Source: Stegostoma tigrinum (taxonomy: Eukaryota). From it: a DNA stretch of 64,000 nt. Location: positions 12,925,286 to 12,989,285 of the forward strand of contig NC_081364.1 of the NCBI RefSeq assembly GCF_030684315.1, in the 5' to 3' direction. The translations under genes and the position numbers were made by a program. Positions 23,001 to 38,000 of the stretch are shown piece after piece; the stretch's first letter is position 1, and every line of letters begins with the position of its first letter. The notes beneath the pieces were generated by a model, which was given only the letters and a program-made list of their open reading frames with translations, was not told where the DNA came from and made no database searches.

Positions 23001-26000
23001 CCAACAGTCGGCTTGTGCAGTTTAGGGTATTGTAAATCCACAGGGGCTGGGCTGCAAGCACCAGAATCATTTCAGCATTAACTGACAGTAATATACGAAC
23101 ATCTTCTGTGAAGCCAGCAAGAACACAACAGGCTGTCTTTGAAACATTGTGGCAAGGCACTTCAGAAATGCAGCATTGTTCATACGAAAAAATACACTAA
23201 CAATTTTTGATTGCCTGCAGTAGCGGCTTTGCTTTTTAGTAAGAGGTATCAGAATGCTAAGTGAGGGGTATAGCAGAATAATGCAGAGAGGAAGGATACT
23301 GCCTATTAGGTCTGTGACAACACAAAGAGCTGACCAATTCATTTGCTCTCTAGGCTTAGTCCTGCAAATTTCACCTTTCCAAGTAAACACCCAATTTCCT
23401 TTTAACAGTTATTATTGTTGAGTGATATTGCAATGCTAAAATCAGTGTCAAGGACATATGCTTATTTGTAGATGAATAAAAACAGCACTCAATGTAAGCT
23501 GCAAGAGTCAGAAATAAAAGGAAGCAAGGAGCTGTGATGGATTGGAGCAGGTTTTTGTAAAATCCTGTAAAGCACTTGCTAGATTACAGTATTGTGTCCA
23601 GATCTGTTTACTGCTTGACAAGAAGAATATGATCACACTGAAGAGAGGACATAGAAGATTTATGAGGATGTTGCCAGGAATAGAAAATTTTAGCTACAAG
23701 GAAAGATTGCTTAGGCCGGGGTTGTCTTTTTCAACACAGCAGACTGATTGGAGAAGGAGATTTCACCGAAGTGTATACACTTATGAAGGACCTAATTGAA
23801 GGGAATGAAAGGAGCAATTTTCCTTAGCAGAAGTCAGCAACCAGACACAACAGGTTTAAAATACTTGATAGAAGGTTTAGAGGGCAGTGAGGACAATATT
23901 TCTTAGTCAGAGGAATGAGAGAATCTGGAATTCTGCCTCAAAAAGGTCACAGGGCAGAAACCTTTACAGCTTCAAAAAGCAATGGATATGCATATGTAGT
24001 GCTGTAACTCACAGGGTAATGGACCGAGTACTAGAAATTGGGATGAAACCGAAAGCTCTTTTCTGCTGGCACAGACACAATGGGCTGAATGGCCTCCTTT
24101 GCCACAAACCTTCCACGCGACCTGCGTTGGCACTGAGGCAAGCGGAAATGGTCAGAAGTACCTTCCCACAGCAATGAGCACAACAAAGGGAAAAATAATA
24201 CATTTACATTGTCAGGCCCAGAGCTGATATGCAACATAGGACAGACACAAAAGAGAATGGGGAGAAATACATCAGGTTTCCTGAATAGTTATAAATAAAA
24301 AGCTGCAAATTAACAGGCACGGAACCTTGAGAGAGAAAATTAGTTCACCCACCTCTCAAAGATTAAGCGGCTGATTGCCTCGTTGGTGCGATTTGGCGTA
24401 CTGAGGGACTTCTGGAGGAACTCCACCTTCTTTTTTAGGTTCTACAAAACAAATATTTTGCGTCTCTTTACGAGGACTGCAAAGCTCAGTTTTCTGCAAC
24501 ATGAAGTGGAGTGGGGAGAGGGGTAACGGTGGAGGATGACTTCAAGGGCAGAAGAAAAAGAAAACAAGGTTCCTTTTGAAGAAAGGAACTATGACAGATG
24601 TAAACGTGGGGGTGGGGCACTTTGCCCTTTACGAAGTGAACAGATTCCACAATGAGATGTTTTCTTCAGACAAAAATTATACCTATAGCCATGTTTCTCT
24701 GTCTGGATAGGACATGATATTGGCCTATGAATGCTATAATGTGTCATTGATGGTCATCTATTTTAAAAATGGCATTGATTGGGTTATTTTTTAATTTGTT
24801 AATGCATGTTAAAATAACTATAGTCATATAATTACAGACTAACATCCCAAACAAAACTTCAAGACGAAAGTTTGTAGTCTCTCGTCAAATTTAAACTTAA
24901 ACCACTTGGACTCAAGCACACGTGACTTTTTTAAAAAAAAATTGTGAATGGGATGAGGGAGTCGCTGACCCGGGCAGCATTTATTGCCCTTCTCTAGTTG
25001 CTCAGAGGGCAATTCAGGGTCAACCACATTGCTGTGGGTCTGCTGTCACACGTAGGTCAGACCTGTTAAGAACTGCAGTTCCTTTCCTAAAGTACATTAG
25101 TGAGACGGAGAGTTTTTACAACCAAAGGAGGTTTTTACACCTTCTCCGTGACATCACCAAACTGATATCCAGAGCTCTTAGGACAAAAAACAAGCCCTTT
25201 GGCCCTCCAAGTCTCGGCTGACACATTTTGCCCTTCCAAATCATAACTGCCTTCACTTATAGGATCCATATCACTATTCCCTTCCTATTCACGTATTCAT
25301 CCAGGTGCTTCCTGAATATTGCTACTGTGTTTGCATCCACCACCTCCTCTAGCAGCACGCTCCAGGCAGGCACCACTCCTTGTGCAAAAAAATGTGCCTC
25401 GCACATCTTGTTTAAACACCTCCTTCACTCAAACCCCCACACCTTGAACCTAGTAATTAACCATTCCACCCTGGGGAAAACCTCCTACTTTTCACTCCAC
25501 CCGCGCCATTCACAAACCTATAAATTTCTATTATGCTGCCCCTCAACCTCCTGCATTTCAGCAAAAACAAACCCAGTCTATCCAACCTTTCTTCATAGCT
25601 AAAATCCCCCATACAAGGCAACATCCTGGCAAAACTTTCTGTACCCTCTCTAAAGCATCCACATCCTTCTGGTAATGTGGTGATCAGAACTGTACATAAT
25701 ATTCCAAATGTGGCCTCGCTAAAGTTCTATAAAGCTGCAGCATAACTTGCCTCACATTATACTCCAACAAAGGTAATCATGCCATAGGACTTTTCTCGCT
25801 ACTGTATCTACCTGGGCTGCCACTTCCCAGATCCCTCCACATATCAATACTCCTCAGGGCTGTGCCACCTGTACCTGACCTTCCAAAATGCTTCACCTTG
25901 CATTTGTCCAGATTCAACTCCATCTGCCATTTTTCTGCCTATACCTTCTGATGGCATCTCAGCTTTAAGGTGTGGCGAACCTCAAAGATTGCTGTTACAA

Positions 26001-29000
26001 ACTGGAGTTTGCTACAGAGTCTCAAAGTAAATTATCCATGTAACTGAGTGAACACCTTACAGGGCTTGTTGATCGAAGCCCAATACATGTGAGAATTTGA
26101 CGTATAAGGGAGGTTTCACAACATTAGTTCTTTGCGACCTAGATTAGACATTCGAATTGTTCACCTGAATCTTTTTAATCTCTCTGAAGGCAGACAGAAC
26201 AAACACTTGGTGTGGTGAGATTGCTTTAGTTGGTTTATTTCAAAGCAAATGAACAAACACGGCCACTGGTTTGATCAGATTCCCCTGGTTTAGACAGGAA
26301 AACCTATCTTAAATGAATATATTAAAAAAAACTGTTTCTCCACAAGTGGGTCATTTTACTTGATAATCTAGACCACTCTCATCGCCACCTATTTTTAATT
26401 TTGGCTCCAGTTTCAGGCCTTAAGTAAATGTTTGTAAATCGGAGACCCTCTGTAGTTGAGCTTAGATTCCAGATTTATTAATGGAATTGAAATTCTAAAA
26501 CCTTTGTGATGGAAGTTGAGCCCATGTCCCTAAAGCATTAACCTGGGCCTGTGGATTACTACTCCAGTGACATCACTTCTCCACCCTCCCTCTGTAAAAC
26601 AAGCATTGGAGAAATGTACACCTCCCCAAGCCTCCAAAATAGACTCAATAAAAGCTAAATGATTAAATAAAATGCTGAAGGAAATGGCTTCACTTCTCTG
26701 GGTCAATGTGTATTAAAGGCAAACCTACCGTGATTTCTCTGTCGGCATTGCGCAAATCCTCCTGTGATGCACGCAGATCCTCTTTCATTTTCTCTAACTG
26801 TGACACATTCTTCTCTAGCTAAATAGGCACAGAAAAACTAGCTTCAGATTAAAGATGGCAAAGTCTTGTACTGCAACACAAGGTATTGTCTTGTCGGCAG
26901 GGACAGAACGACACAATTAAAAATATCAGATAAAGAGAGAAAAAAGAAACAAAGCACATTTTAAGCTCATGTGCCAATGATAGATGACAGCAATAATGTC
27001 TCTATGGGGAGCTCAAGAGGGCAACAATAAAGTCGCAGCAGCTGCAAATAAATTTAAATCCATATTCCTAATTATTTCAGTTGCTGATCACATCATTCTG
27101 ACTTAATAATTATCCACAAAAAGAGATAGCATTAAGAACAGTGCTTTCCAAACTGCCAGGCCTAGAAATCTCAACAAGGCAGTCCAGAATTTGCATTTAT
27201 GATTGCAGATAGGCTTCAGGTTGCCTGGTCTTTGAAGGCCAGCTTCTAAGAGAGGCCACCAAATCCTAAGGCTCTCCATCTCAGCAGTTGCCTACTGTTT
27301 TGCACGATGCACACACAGCCCCATTCAGGTTTGTCTCAGGTAGCATGTTCAATAACGTGAGCTGTGTAAGTACACATCAGTGAGCTTCCATCCATCTCTG
27401 CAATTGTTCATTTGAAATGTCACAATGGGGAATTTCTTATTGAAGTGATTTAGTTTTAAAAATAATCCAAATTTTCTCTTGGGTTTCAGATGTCCTGAAG
27501 CTTAATTTAAGGGGAAGATATGAGCCAGTCTGGAATTAGTTGAGGAACCAAAACTGGGGTTTGCTAGAGGTCGTTCTGATCTAATGGAAAGACAGCTTGC
27601 ATTCACGCTTCCATTTTCCTGTGCCAACAGATTGCCAGCCTGACACCTTCACTGACAGAAATGCCAGCAGCATTGAGGTCATTGCCGGGGATGGGTTTCA
27701 ATAATTAGTTGGGGGAGTGAACGAATGGTTAAATGTGTCTGGGCACAGTGAGAATGTGTGAGAGGGTGACAGTGAGATATGAGGTGGGGGTGAGCAGCAA
27801 GTGGGATGACAAACACACTTGGCCGACTTTCGTGAGGCGTTAACATCACATCCTCTATCAGATCAACGTCCAATATTATTAAAGACACAGAAGTTCCTTG
27901 AGTCTAGTTCAGCTGGGACAAGCTGTTCTGCTGCTCATCTCCAATATCAGGTAACCAGCTAGAAACTGATGTCCATTTCAAGCCCACCGACTCCCACAGC
28001 TACCTCGAATACACCTCCTCCCACCCACCCTCCTGCAAAAATTCCATCCCCCGTTCCCAATTCCTCTGCTGTATCTGCTCCCAGGATGAGGCATTCCACT
28101 CCCGCACATCCCAGATGTCCAAGTTCTTCAAGGACTGCAACTTTCCCCCCTGCAGTGGTCGAGAATGCCCTTGACTGCATTTCCCGCAACACATCCCTCA
28201 CACCCCGCCCCCGCCACAGCCGCCCCAAGAGGATCCCCCTCGTTCTCACAACACCCCACCAGCCTCCAGATACAACGCATCATCCTCCGACACTTCCGCC
28301 ATCTACAATCCAACCCCACCACCCAAGACATTTTTCCATCCGCACCCTTGTCTGCCTTCTGGAGAGACCACTCTCTCCGTGACTCCCTTGTTCTCTCCAC
28401 ACTCCCCTCCAACCCCACCACACCCGGCACATTCCCCTGCAACCACAGGAAGTGCTACACTTGTCCCCACACCTCCTCCCTCACCCCCACCCCAGGCCCC
28501 AAGATGACTTTCCATATTAAGCAGAGGTTCACCTGCACATCTGCCAACGTGGTATACTGTATCCATTGTACCCGGTGTGGCTTCCTCTACATTGGGGAAA
28601 CCAAGCAGAGGCTTGGGGACCGCATTGCAGAACACCTCCACTCGGTTCGCAATAAACAACTGCACCTCCCAGTCGCAAACCATTTCCACTCCCCCTCCCA
28701 TTCTTTAGACGACATGTCCATCATGGGCCTCCTGCAGTGCCACAATGATGCCACCCGAAGGTTGCAGGAACAGCAACTCATATTCTGCTTGGGAACCCTG
28801 CAGCCCATTGGTATCAATGTGGACTTCGCCAGCTTCAAAATCTCCCCTTCCCCCACCGCATCCCAAAACCAGCCCAGTTCGTCCCCTCCCCCCACTGCAC
28901 CACACAACCAGCCCAGCCTGTCTCTGCCTCCCTAACCTGTTCTTCCTCTCACCCATCCCCTCCTCCCACCTCAAAACGCACCTCCATCTCCTACCTACTA

Positions 29001-32000
29001 ACCTCATCCCACCTCCTTGACCTGTCCATCTTCCCTGGACTGATCTATCCCCTCCACCTATCTTATTTTCTCTCCATCTTCGGTCCGCCTCCCCCTCTCT
29101 CCCTATTTATTCCAGAACCCTCTCCCCATCCTCCTCTCTGATGAAGGGTCTAGGCCCGAAATGTCAGCTTTTGTGGTCCTGAGATGCTGCTTGGCCTGCT
29201 GTGTTCATCCAAGTTCACACTTTTTATCTTGGATTCTCCAGCATCTGCAGTTCCCATTATCTCAGATAATTTTCAGACATGTCTGTTGAGTTATACATTC
29301 TTGACTCCAGCAGAAAGCAAGATCCCAAACCAGATAAGAAATATTCTAATTCACAAACTAATTTTATTCTTTCTCCCACTCACACTGATTTGTGTTTTGA
29401 CCACCACAAAAATCCACAAGATTATAACACGCAGCATTACACGCTCAGAGACCTACACCCTTAGCCCATTTAAGTACATTTAAAGGCATCAGAAAAATAT
29501 AAATGGACCTCGACTTTTGTGAACCTTAAACACAGTATTTTACACACAGAAACAGGCCATTTGATTTAACTTGTCCACGAGACATAAACATCCAAGACAA
29601 ATTTCCTCCCATTCCGTTTACCTAGTCTGAGCATAGCCTCCTCATCTTATAAATCACCACTGCATTCAGTGTTTATAAATTGGCCAATGTAAACTCCGTC
29701 TACCTTTATTTTTATCCCATTTGCTTTATCTATGTGCATTTGAAGATTCCTTCTGTCCTCTTCACTACTTCCTTTCTATCTGCCTTTGTATAATTTGACC
29801 CTGCATCCAAGTCATTTAGAAAGATTGTAAACGGTCAAAGCTTGAACATTGAATCCTAAAGACCCACCAATCCTCACATCTTAACAACCTGAAATTGACA
29901 CATCAAGGCATATCCTTCGTTTCTTATTCGCCAACCAGTCCCCTATCTAGGTTTATACGTTACCCCCTACACCACAAGTTCTTGTTTTGCATTGTAACCT
30001 TTGATGTAGCACCTTTTTAAGTGTCTTACAGAAAAGTACAGCATATCAACCAGTTTCCCTTTATCCATGCTGCTCGTAACTTACTCAACGAGAATTCCCT
30101 CCTTAATAACATGTGGGTCCACTTAAAGCACATGTGTTACAATAGTTTAAGAAGAAAGTTCACCATCATCTTCTCAAGGGCAAATAGGGACGGACAATAA
30201 ATGCTGGCACCACCAGCAACACCCATTTCCCACAAGTGAATAAAAAAGCTCCAATAAATTTGTCAAACATGATCTTCCTTTCACTAAAGCCATGTTGACT
30301 CTGCCTGACTGCATTAAGAAATTCTAAGAGCCCTGTAATAACCTCTTTAATAGATTCACTACGATGGGCATTAGATTAAGCTGCCCATGGCTTCCTAATG
30401 CTTCAGGAACCTTTCTGAAGAGGAGTCATATTGGAATTAATGTTAACTCTGTTTCTGTCTCCACAGATACTGCCGGACCTATTGAGCTTTTCCAGCGCTT
30501 TCTCTTTTAATATAGAGATGCATTTGGTTGAAGCAGAGTATGGTGGTGTTCAGTCTTTCTAGTTTAAGAAACATGCATGTCTTTCTTCTTCATTCAAAAT
30601 GGATTACATCAGTGTCTCTTGTACTGAAAATAACTGGTTTGCCGCATCATGCTCCTAATTTTTATGTCTACATGTTCATAAACTGGAACATTAACGCTGT
30701 TTTACTCTCTGGAGATACTGCCAGACTCCCAGAGTATTTCAAGCCCGTCCTGATTTTATGTCGTGGCCAGGGTGAGCCAAATGGTCTGCGTCTGCCTCTT
30801 TTTCATAATCGCCTGGGTAATTTACATCAAGCATCGGAAAACATGGTGAAAACACTTTCAACAGTAACTGTCAAAGAAATAGTGGTATATTTTTCAAAGG
30901 TAAAATCTGAACAGGCACAGCAGAAGTGCAGGGATCTGTGCTCAAAGTGCACACAGAGGCATGATTGGCTGAAAAGTACTGTCAGATCATCATTAAACTA
31001 TTTTAATAAAACTGGAAAGTTTTGAATGTCTTTTATATTAAAAAAACCAACAATGGGAGATAAAATAAATTTCACATCTTCACAAGGCCAAATATCCAGG
31101 TTTACAGAAAAATCAGTGATAGAAGTTTCATACAGTTAACTTGCGGATGTCGTACTAACCTTGCAGCTGGTTACAAAATGCTCTTTCTTCAACTTCTCAG
31201 ACATATCAACAGAAGATTTATATGTCCCCTTCAGGTTTTCATATTCCCTGTGAACAAATTCAACACTAACATTGAATATTGCCACCTGGGCCTCAAATGC
31301 AGCTCAGGATCCTGATTAGTCAAGGTTCCATTTAGTTAAAAAGTTATCAGAACAGATTACTCGGGGAGAATGCATTCCAGCATAAGCTGGTGATCATGAC
31401 CATATGTAAGTTTCAAGATTATACACACTTGTCTCTAACCAGTAACTCATTTGAAAAGTACATTCTGGTGTGAAGGCAAAATAAACTGCTAGCTGACTTT
31501 AAGACAGAAAAGAGAAATGGGGAGTGGAAGGTAGCTACTCCGTGGCAGAAGACAGAAGTTGTGTGTTTCGGAAGGATCAGTGTCGGGACCACCATTGTTT
31601 ATAGTTACAGTCAGAATTTGGACTTTGGAATCCAAAATATAATGTCTAAATTTGCAGATGACACCAAATTAAGTCAGTACCAAGGAGGACTGCAATAAAT
31701 CAAATGAGGACATTGATAAGCTTGCAGAATGTGCAAATATTTGTCAAATGAATGGCAACATAGATATATCTGAGATAGTGGATTTTGGTGGGAGGAATAT
31801 AAAGGTCACTTATTACTCGAAGATGCAAATCCAGGTGGGATAGAAGATCAAAGGGATTAGGGAGCTCGATCACTGTACCAATCACTAAGTTGCACCAGAG
31901 GTTACCAAGCACTGTTTCTAAAGGGATGGAATTGAGAGGTAGCTAAGTTATGCTCAACTATACAAGTCCGACTACAGATAAGAGAAATGCTTGCAGTTCT

Positions 32001-35000
32001 GGTTGTCAAATAATATAAAAGATAGACGGACACTGGAGAGGGCACATACGTCATACATATTAGGAGGAGATTGACAGGCTGATGCTATGTCCTGTATATT
32101 GAGGCTGGGGGGTAATCAACTAGAGGAGGCCTTTAGACCGAATCCAAAGAGAATGTTTCATATTATGCTTTCAATATAAGAGTCACCAAGAAATCCAACT
32201 GGGAACTCAGGTGAAATTTCCTTATCCAAACAATAATGAAAATGTAGGGCTCGCTACCACAGGGTAGTGGGTTAAGTGAATAACATAGATTCATTTTCTG
32301 AAAAGCAGATGATGGAGGAGAAACCCAAGAGGCTCAAATGGAACATAAACACCTTCATGAACTGGTTGAGCCAAATGGTCTGTTTCTATGCCATATATCC
32401 TATGCATAAAAATTAATTTGCAGCCATCTGGAGGTAACCGTTCTTTAAGCCACAGCAGTACAGGAGTTACAGCTGGCCACATTTCCCTCAGCTGGGAAGT
32501 GGGGACAAAAATTAAATGAGGTGTGTACTGCAGATTGCTAATCAGCGATTACTGGTGAAAGGCATTCTTTTAGGTACAGGATTTAGTTAACTGTGATGTT
32601 CATCATGGTTAAACAAGCTGAATTATCTGAGCAAGGCACAGGGTTTATAATAATTCTGAAATTGTGGATCAGCAGGCATTAGCATCTGAGAGAGCGGGAG
32701 GCATCTAAAAGGGCTGCAATGAAACACCTGCAGATGTGAAACAGATTAATGTGACAGAGGTCAAGCACTAGTTCTTGCCTTCAGATGAAAGTTTTGCTGT
32801 CTCAACTACTTAGTGTTGCTCAGATACACGACCCTGCATTTCCAGGCAATTACATTCTCAGCCTTTATTCTCAGATGGATTCTCCTATCAATTTAATTGA
32901 AAAAAATTGCAATGAAACCACAAGGAGTCACAAGCAGCTGGGCCAACAAGGTTGCAAGATACTCCGGTACTTCAGCAGCATTTCCCACAAGCATGAGTAA
33001 GTCAACTGTTTTGTTTTTCTCGAATTAAAACATTGAGAGAACCAAAGGCATGTTTTTAATCCCTACTTCAAAATCTGGTCCTTAGCATCTGACTTCATCC
33101 TCTCTTTGGAAATGAAACATACATGCTCTTTGCAACCTTGGTGTTGTATCTGACCCTGAAATTACCTGTTTACCATATATTCATGCCACTAGTAACAATG
33201 TACTTCCACCTCATTATCATCATCCAACATTACCCCATCTTAGCTTGTCTGCTGCTGGAACCTTCATTCATGCCTTTATTACCTCTAGACTTCACCATTC
33301 CAAGGCACTCCTCTCTAGGCTCTCCAAAAACCTGCTGTTCATGTCTTAACAAACACTAAATCCCACTTTTCTATTAGCCAAGTGCTCATGATCTACACCA
33401 ACGTTTGGGCAAGCAAGACCACACGTTTAAACTTCTCACTCTTGAAGTCAAATCCCTTCATGGCCTCATCCCAGCCCTGTCTTTAACTTTCTCTTGTTCC
33501 ATAAACCTGAGATATAAGCCATAGGCCCATTAGACATAAGAGCAGAATTAGGCCATTGCGTCTGCTCTGCCTTTCAATCATGGCTGAGGTGCTTCTCAAA
33601 CCTGTTCTCCTACATATCTCTATTATAATACACTCAATGATTTGATCTCCACAGCCCTCTGGGGGAATGAGTTCCACAGATTCACCACCTTTTTCTTGAA
33701 GAAATTCCTCATTTCCGTTCGTTCACTCTGAGGTTGTGCCTTTGGGTCGCAGTCGGTCTTACGAGTGGAAATAACTTTCCCACTCTGCATTCTGTAAGCT
33801 TCAATCTGAAATACCCTCATTTCTTCTAAAGTACACACCCAGAGTCCTCAACTGCTCTTCAATGACAAGCCCATCATCAACAGGATCATTCTTATGAACT
33901 TCCTCTGGACCTTCTCCAATGCCAGCAAAATCTTCCTTAGATACAGGGCCCAAACCTGCTCACAATATTCCAAATGTGGTCTGACGAGAGCCTTATACAA
34001 CCTCAGCTGTACATCTCTGTTCCTATATTCTAGCCTTCTGGAAATGAATGCTAACATTGTATTTGCCTTCTTAAGAGAATCCAAAATCTCTTTGTGCCTT
34101 AGATTTTCAAAGCCTTTCCCATTTGGAAAATAGTCTATGCTTCTTTTCTTCCTACCAAAGCGCACGACCTCACATGATCCCATATTGTATTCCATCTGCG
34201 ACTTTTTAGTCTGATCTCCTAGACTGTCCAAGTGCTGTGCAGCTTATTTCCTCAAGTGTCTTGTCCCTCCACTTATCTCTGCGTCATCTGTGCACTTAGC
34301 AACAACGCCCTCAGTTCTTCTAATCCAGATCGCTAATGTTTAACATGAATAGTTGTGATCCCGACACTGACTGCTGAACTTCACTAGTCACAGTCTGCCA
34401 ATCTGAAAGAGATTCCTTTACCTCTACTCATTAGAAATTACATCAAATTTTGCTCAAACATTGAATATGCTTCAGTGCTTGTGCAGGGTAGGAGATTTTC
34501 TTCCCATTGGACTGCATGATTCAAATATTTGAACATAAAACAGTCGCACTCACTTTTTTAAGGATACACAGTAAATGGACAACTGTTCCACTGCTGACTG
34601 TCCTATTCCTATTTCCCGGATCATTTCCTCGACTTCTGGCCTCTGGCTTTGAAGCAGTACCTGAATACTGGAAAGAAAAACAAAAACACTGAACAGGTTA
34701 AGATTTCAAAGTTTGTGCTGCAGTATCTATAGTAGAAACAGAAATGGAGGGCACACAACTCCCCTGAAATTATCAGCTGAGTAATGAAGTCATACAGACC
34801 AGAAAGTTACCAGGTTTGAACTGTGGTTCTTATGGTGTTAGCTGAACTCATGTTAATTGGAGCTACAATTGCTTTCAACATGTCTAGCGTAGTGGGCATT
34901 AAACAAATGACATGCCTCCTTATATGGATAGTAGGAACTGCCGATGCTGGAGAATCTGACATAACACGGTGTACAGCTGGATGAACAGAGCAGGCAAGAA

Positions 35001-38000
35001 TTTTTCTGAAGAAGGGTCTCCACCCGAAACGTCAGCTTTCCTGCTCCTCTGATGCTGCTTGGCCTGCTCTGTTCATCCAGCTCTACACCGTCTTATCTCT
35101 GCCTTCTTATGTGTGTGGTTTAGGTAGTTCCTCTAGATTTTAATCAAACAGTCCTTACTGCAAGCAGCAAATACATCATTTAGGCTTTAAGTGAGAACAC
35201 CAAGATAGATGCCAGCACTCACTATCAAGGATCATACATGCAGCACAAGGCAATTGAAGACAGAATGGACCCTTAGCAAAGGATTAAAATCATAGCACAG
35301 TTTGGAAGACAAAAAAATTGATGAGAAACAAAAAAAATGTTCTAACTGGGAGCAAGAAATCTATGCATTAGAATCAAGAAACGTCCTGTGCCTTTCCTTT
35401 GTGCAGGATTATATATTTGTAGAAATTCCACATTTTGAAAGTTAATTATTTTTGCACGCAGGCATAGAATGCCTCAGACTTTCACCTAAGCCCTAATTCA
35501 CAAGGCACTGATTGTAAAAGGCCTGCAATGATGGCACTTTTCTGACATTTGAAAATGCTGCAGTAAAGAAACATTTCTAAGAGCCTAAAAGCAGCAAACA
35601 GCAATTTTCGTAATTTATTAAAAAAGAGTCTGCTAATAACCTAAATTGCTGTTTTCTAATTTAATTCCCATAGGAAGTTTCAGCAGCATTTCTCCATTTA
35701 AGCCTGCTAATTGTTGGCTGTTGAACAAGAAAAATATTGAAATGTATCTGCGCTGTTCTCTTTTACAGGGCGACATTAAAATGCCTAATGATTAGTGTCC
35801 TGGAGTCAAACAGCATAGAAACAGGCCTTTCTGCCCACTATATCTATGCTGACCAACAAACATCAAACTACACTAATCATATAGCCTACTATGTACTCAT
35901 TCAAATGCTTCTTAAAACGTTGAGAGACTACTTGCCTCCATGATACTCTCAGGGGGAGTGTTCCATGTTCCATAATTCGAGGGCCGTCTGGGTGAAAAAG
36001 ATTTTTTCCTTCAATCTCCTTTAAATTATTTACTTCTTACCTTAACCCTTTGTCTTAAATACAGCTGCCATGGGGATGATATTCTCTCAATCCCTCTCGC
36101 AATGTTATACACCTCAATCAGACCTCACCCTCCTCTGCTCCAAGGAAAATAAACCAACCTATCCAATCTCTCCTCATAACAAACTTTTCATCCCAGGCAA
36201 CATCCTGGTGAATCTCCTCTGCATCGCCTCCACTACAATCATGTCCTTCCAATAGTGTGGTAACCAAAATTGCACACAGTATCCTATCTGTGGCCTCAAT
36301 GTTACATAACTTTGTAACAAAACTCTCTTGCTTTCATATTCTATGCCTCAGCTACTGAAGACAAGCATCACATATGCCTTCTTCACCATCCTGTGTACCT
36401 GTGCTGACACCTTCAGGGATCTATGCATTTGTACACCAAGGTCCTTTTGCTCCTCAGTACTCCCCAGGGACCTGGCATGTATTGTGCATATCTTTTCCTG
36501 ATTAGACCTCTCAAAATCCCAATTATATCTTCTTTGAAGCAATGTTTCTGGATCTTGGCGTGGGTGTGGTGGGTCAAAAAATCTCTTACTATGCTGATTC
36601 ACCTTATGATTACCATTAAATCATTTGAACTTCAACCAAGTTGTGGGATAATCATAGGATGGCACTAAGTGCTCAGCACATAATGCACAGCTGGGAAAGA
36701 AAGAACAAAAATTAGAGGAAAAGTTTAAGCTACATCTCATATTTGTTTAATCTACCAACCATTTCACTTCAACAATTTCTGCAAAGTAATTATACCGTTT
36801 AAGAACTGTTGCATGCTTGTAACTTGATCATTCAAAACTCTGCTGCCCATCGCCTAATTCACATTAGAACATAGAAAATAGAAAAGTACAGCACAGTACA
36901 GGCCCTTCAGCCCACGATGCTGTGCCATAGAATAATCCTAATCCAAAAATAAAATAATCTAACCTGCATTCCCCTCAATTCACTGCTGTCCACGTGCATG
37001 TCCAGCACTCGCTTAAATGTCACTAATGACTCTGCTCCCATGACTTCCACTGACAAAGTATTCCATGCGCTCACAATTCTCTGGGTGAAGAACCTCCCTC
37101 TGAAGTCTTCTCTATACCTTCCTCCTAACACCTTAAAACTATGACCCCTCGTAGCAGTCAATCCTGCCCTGGGGAAAAGTCTCTGGCTATCGACTCTACC
37201 CATGCCTCTCATTACCTTGTACACCTCGATCAGGTCACCTCTCTTCCTCCTTCTCTCCAGACAGAAAAGTCCGAGCTCAGTCAACCTCTCCTCGTAAGAC
37301 AAGCCCTCCAGTCCAGGCAGCATCCTGGCAAACCTCCTTTGCACCCTCTCCAAAGCCTCCACATCTTTCCTATAATAGGGCGACCAGAACTGGACACAAT
37401 ATTCCAAGTGTGGTCTCATCAAGGTTTTGTAGAGCTGCAGCATGACCTCACGGCTCTTCAACTCGATCTCCCTGTTAATAAAAGCCAAAACACCATATGC
37501 TTTCTTAACAACCTTATCCACTTGGGTGGCAACTTTGAGGGAGCTATGCACTTGAACACCAAGATCCCGCTGTTCCTCCACGCTGCCGAGAATCCTGCCT
37601 TTAATCCTCTATTCCACATTTAAGTTCGACCTTCCAAAATGCATCACTTCGCATTTATCCAGGTTGAACTCCATCTGCCATTTCTCAGCCCAGCTCTGCA
37701 TTCTGTCAATGTCTCGCTGAAGCCTGCAATAGCCCTCGATGCTATCAACGGCACCTCCAACCTTTGTGTCATCAGCAAACATACTAACCCACCCCTCAAC
37801 CTCCTCATCCAAGTCATTTATAAAAACTACAAACAGCAGAGGCCCAAGAACAGAGCCCTGCAGGACCACTCAGCACTGACCTCCAGGCAGAATACTTACC
37901 ATCTACAACCACTCTCTGCCTCCTGTCAGCCAATCAATTCTGAATCCAGACAGCCAGATCACCCTGTATCCCATACTTCCTGACTTTATGAATGAGCCTG

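Noticed and set aside
30528-31025. 165-aa plus-strand ORF
   Set aside because: Non-ATG start, overlaps repeat fragments, no recognisable domain, antisense intronic.
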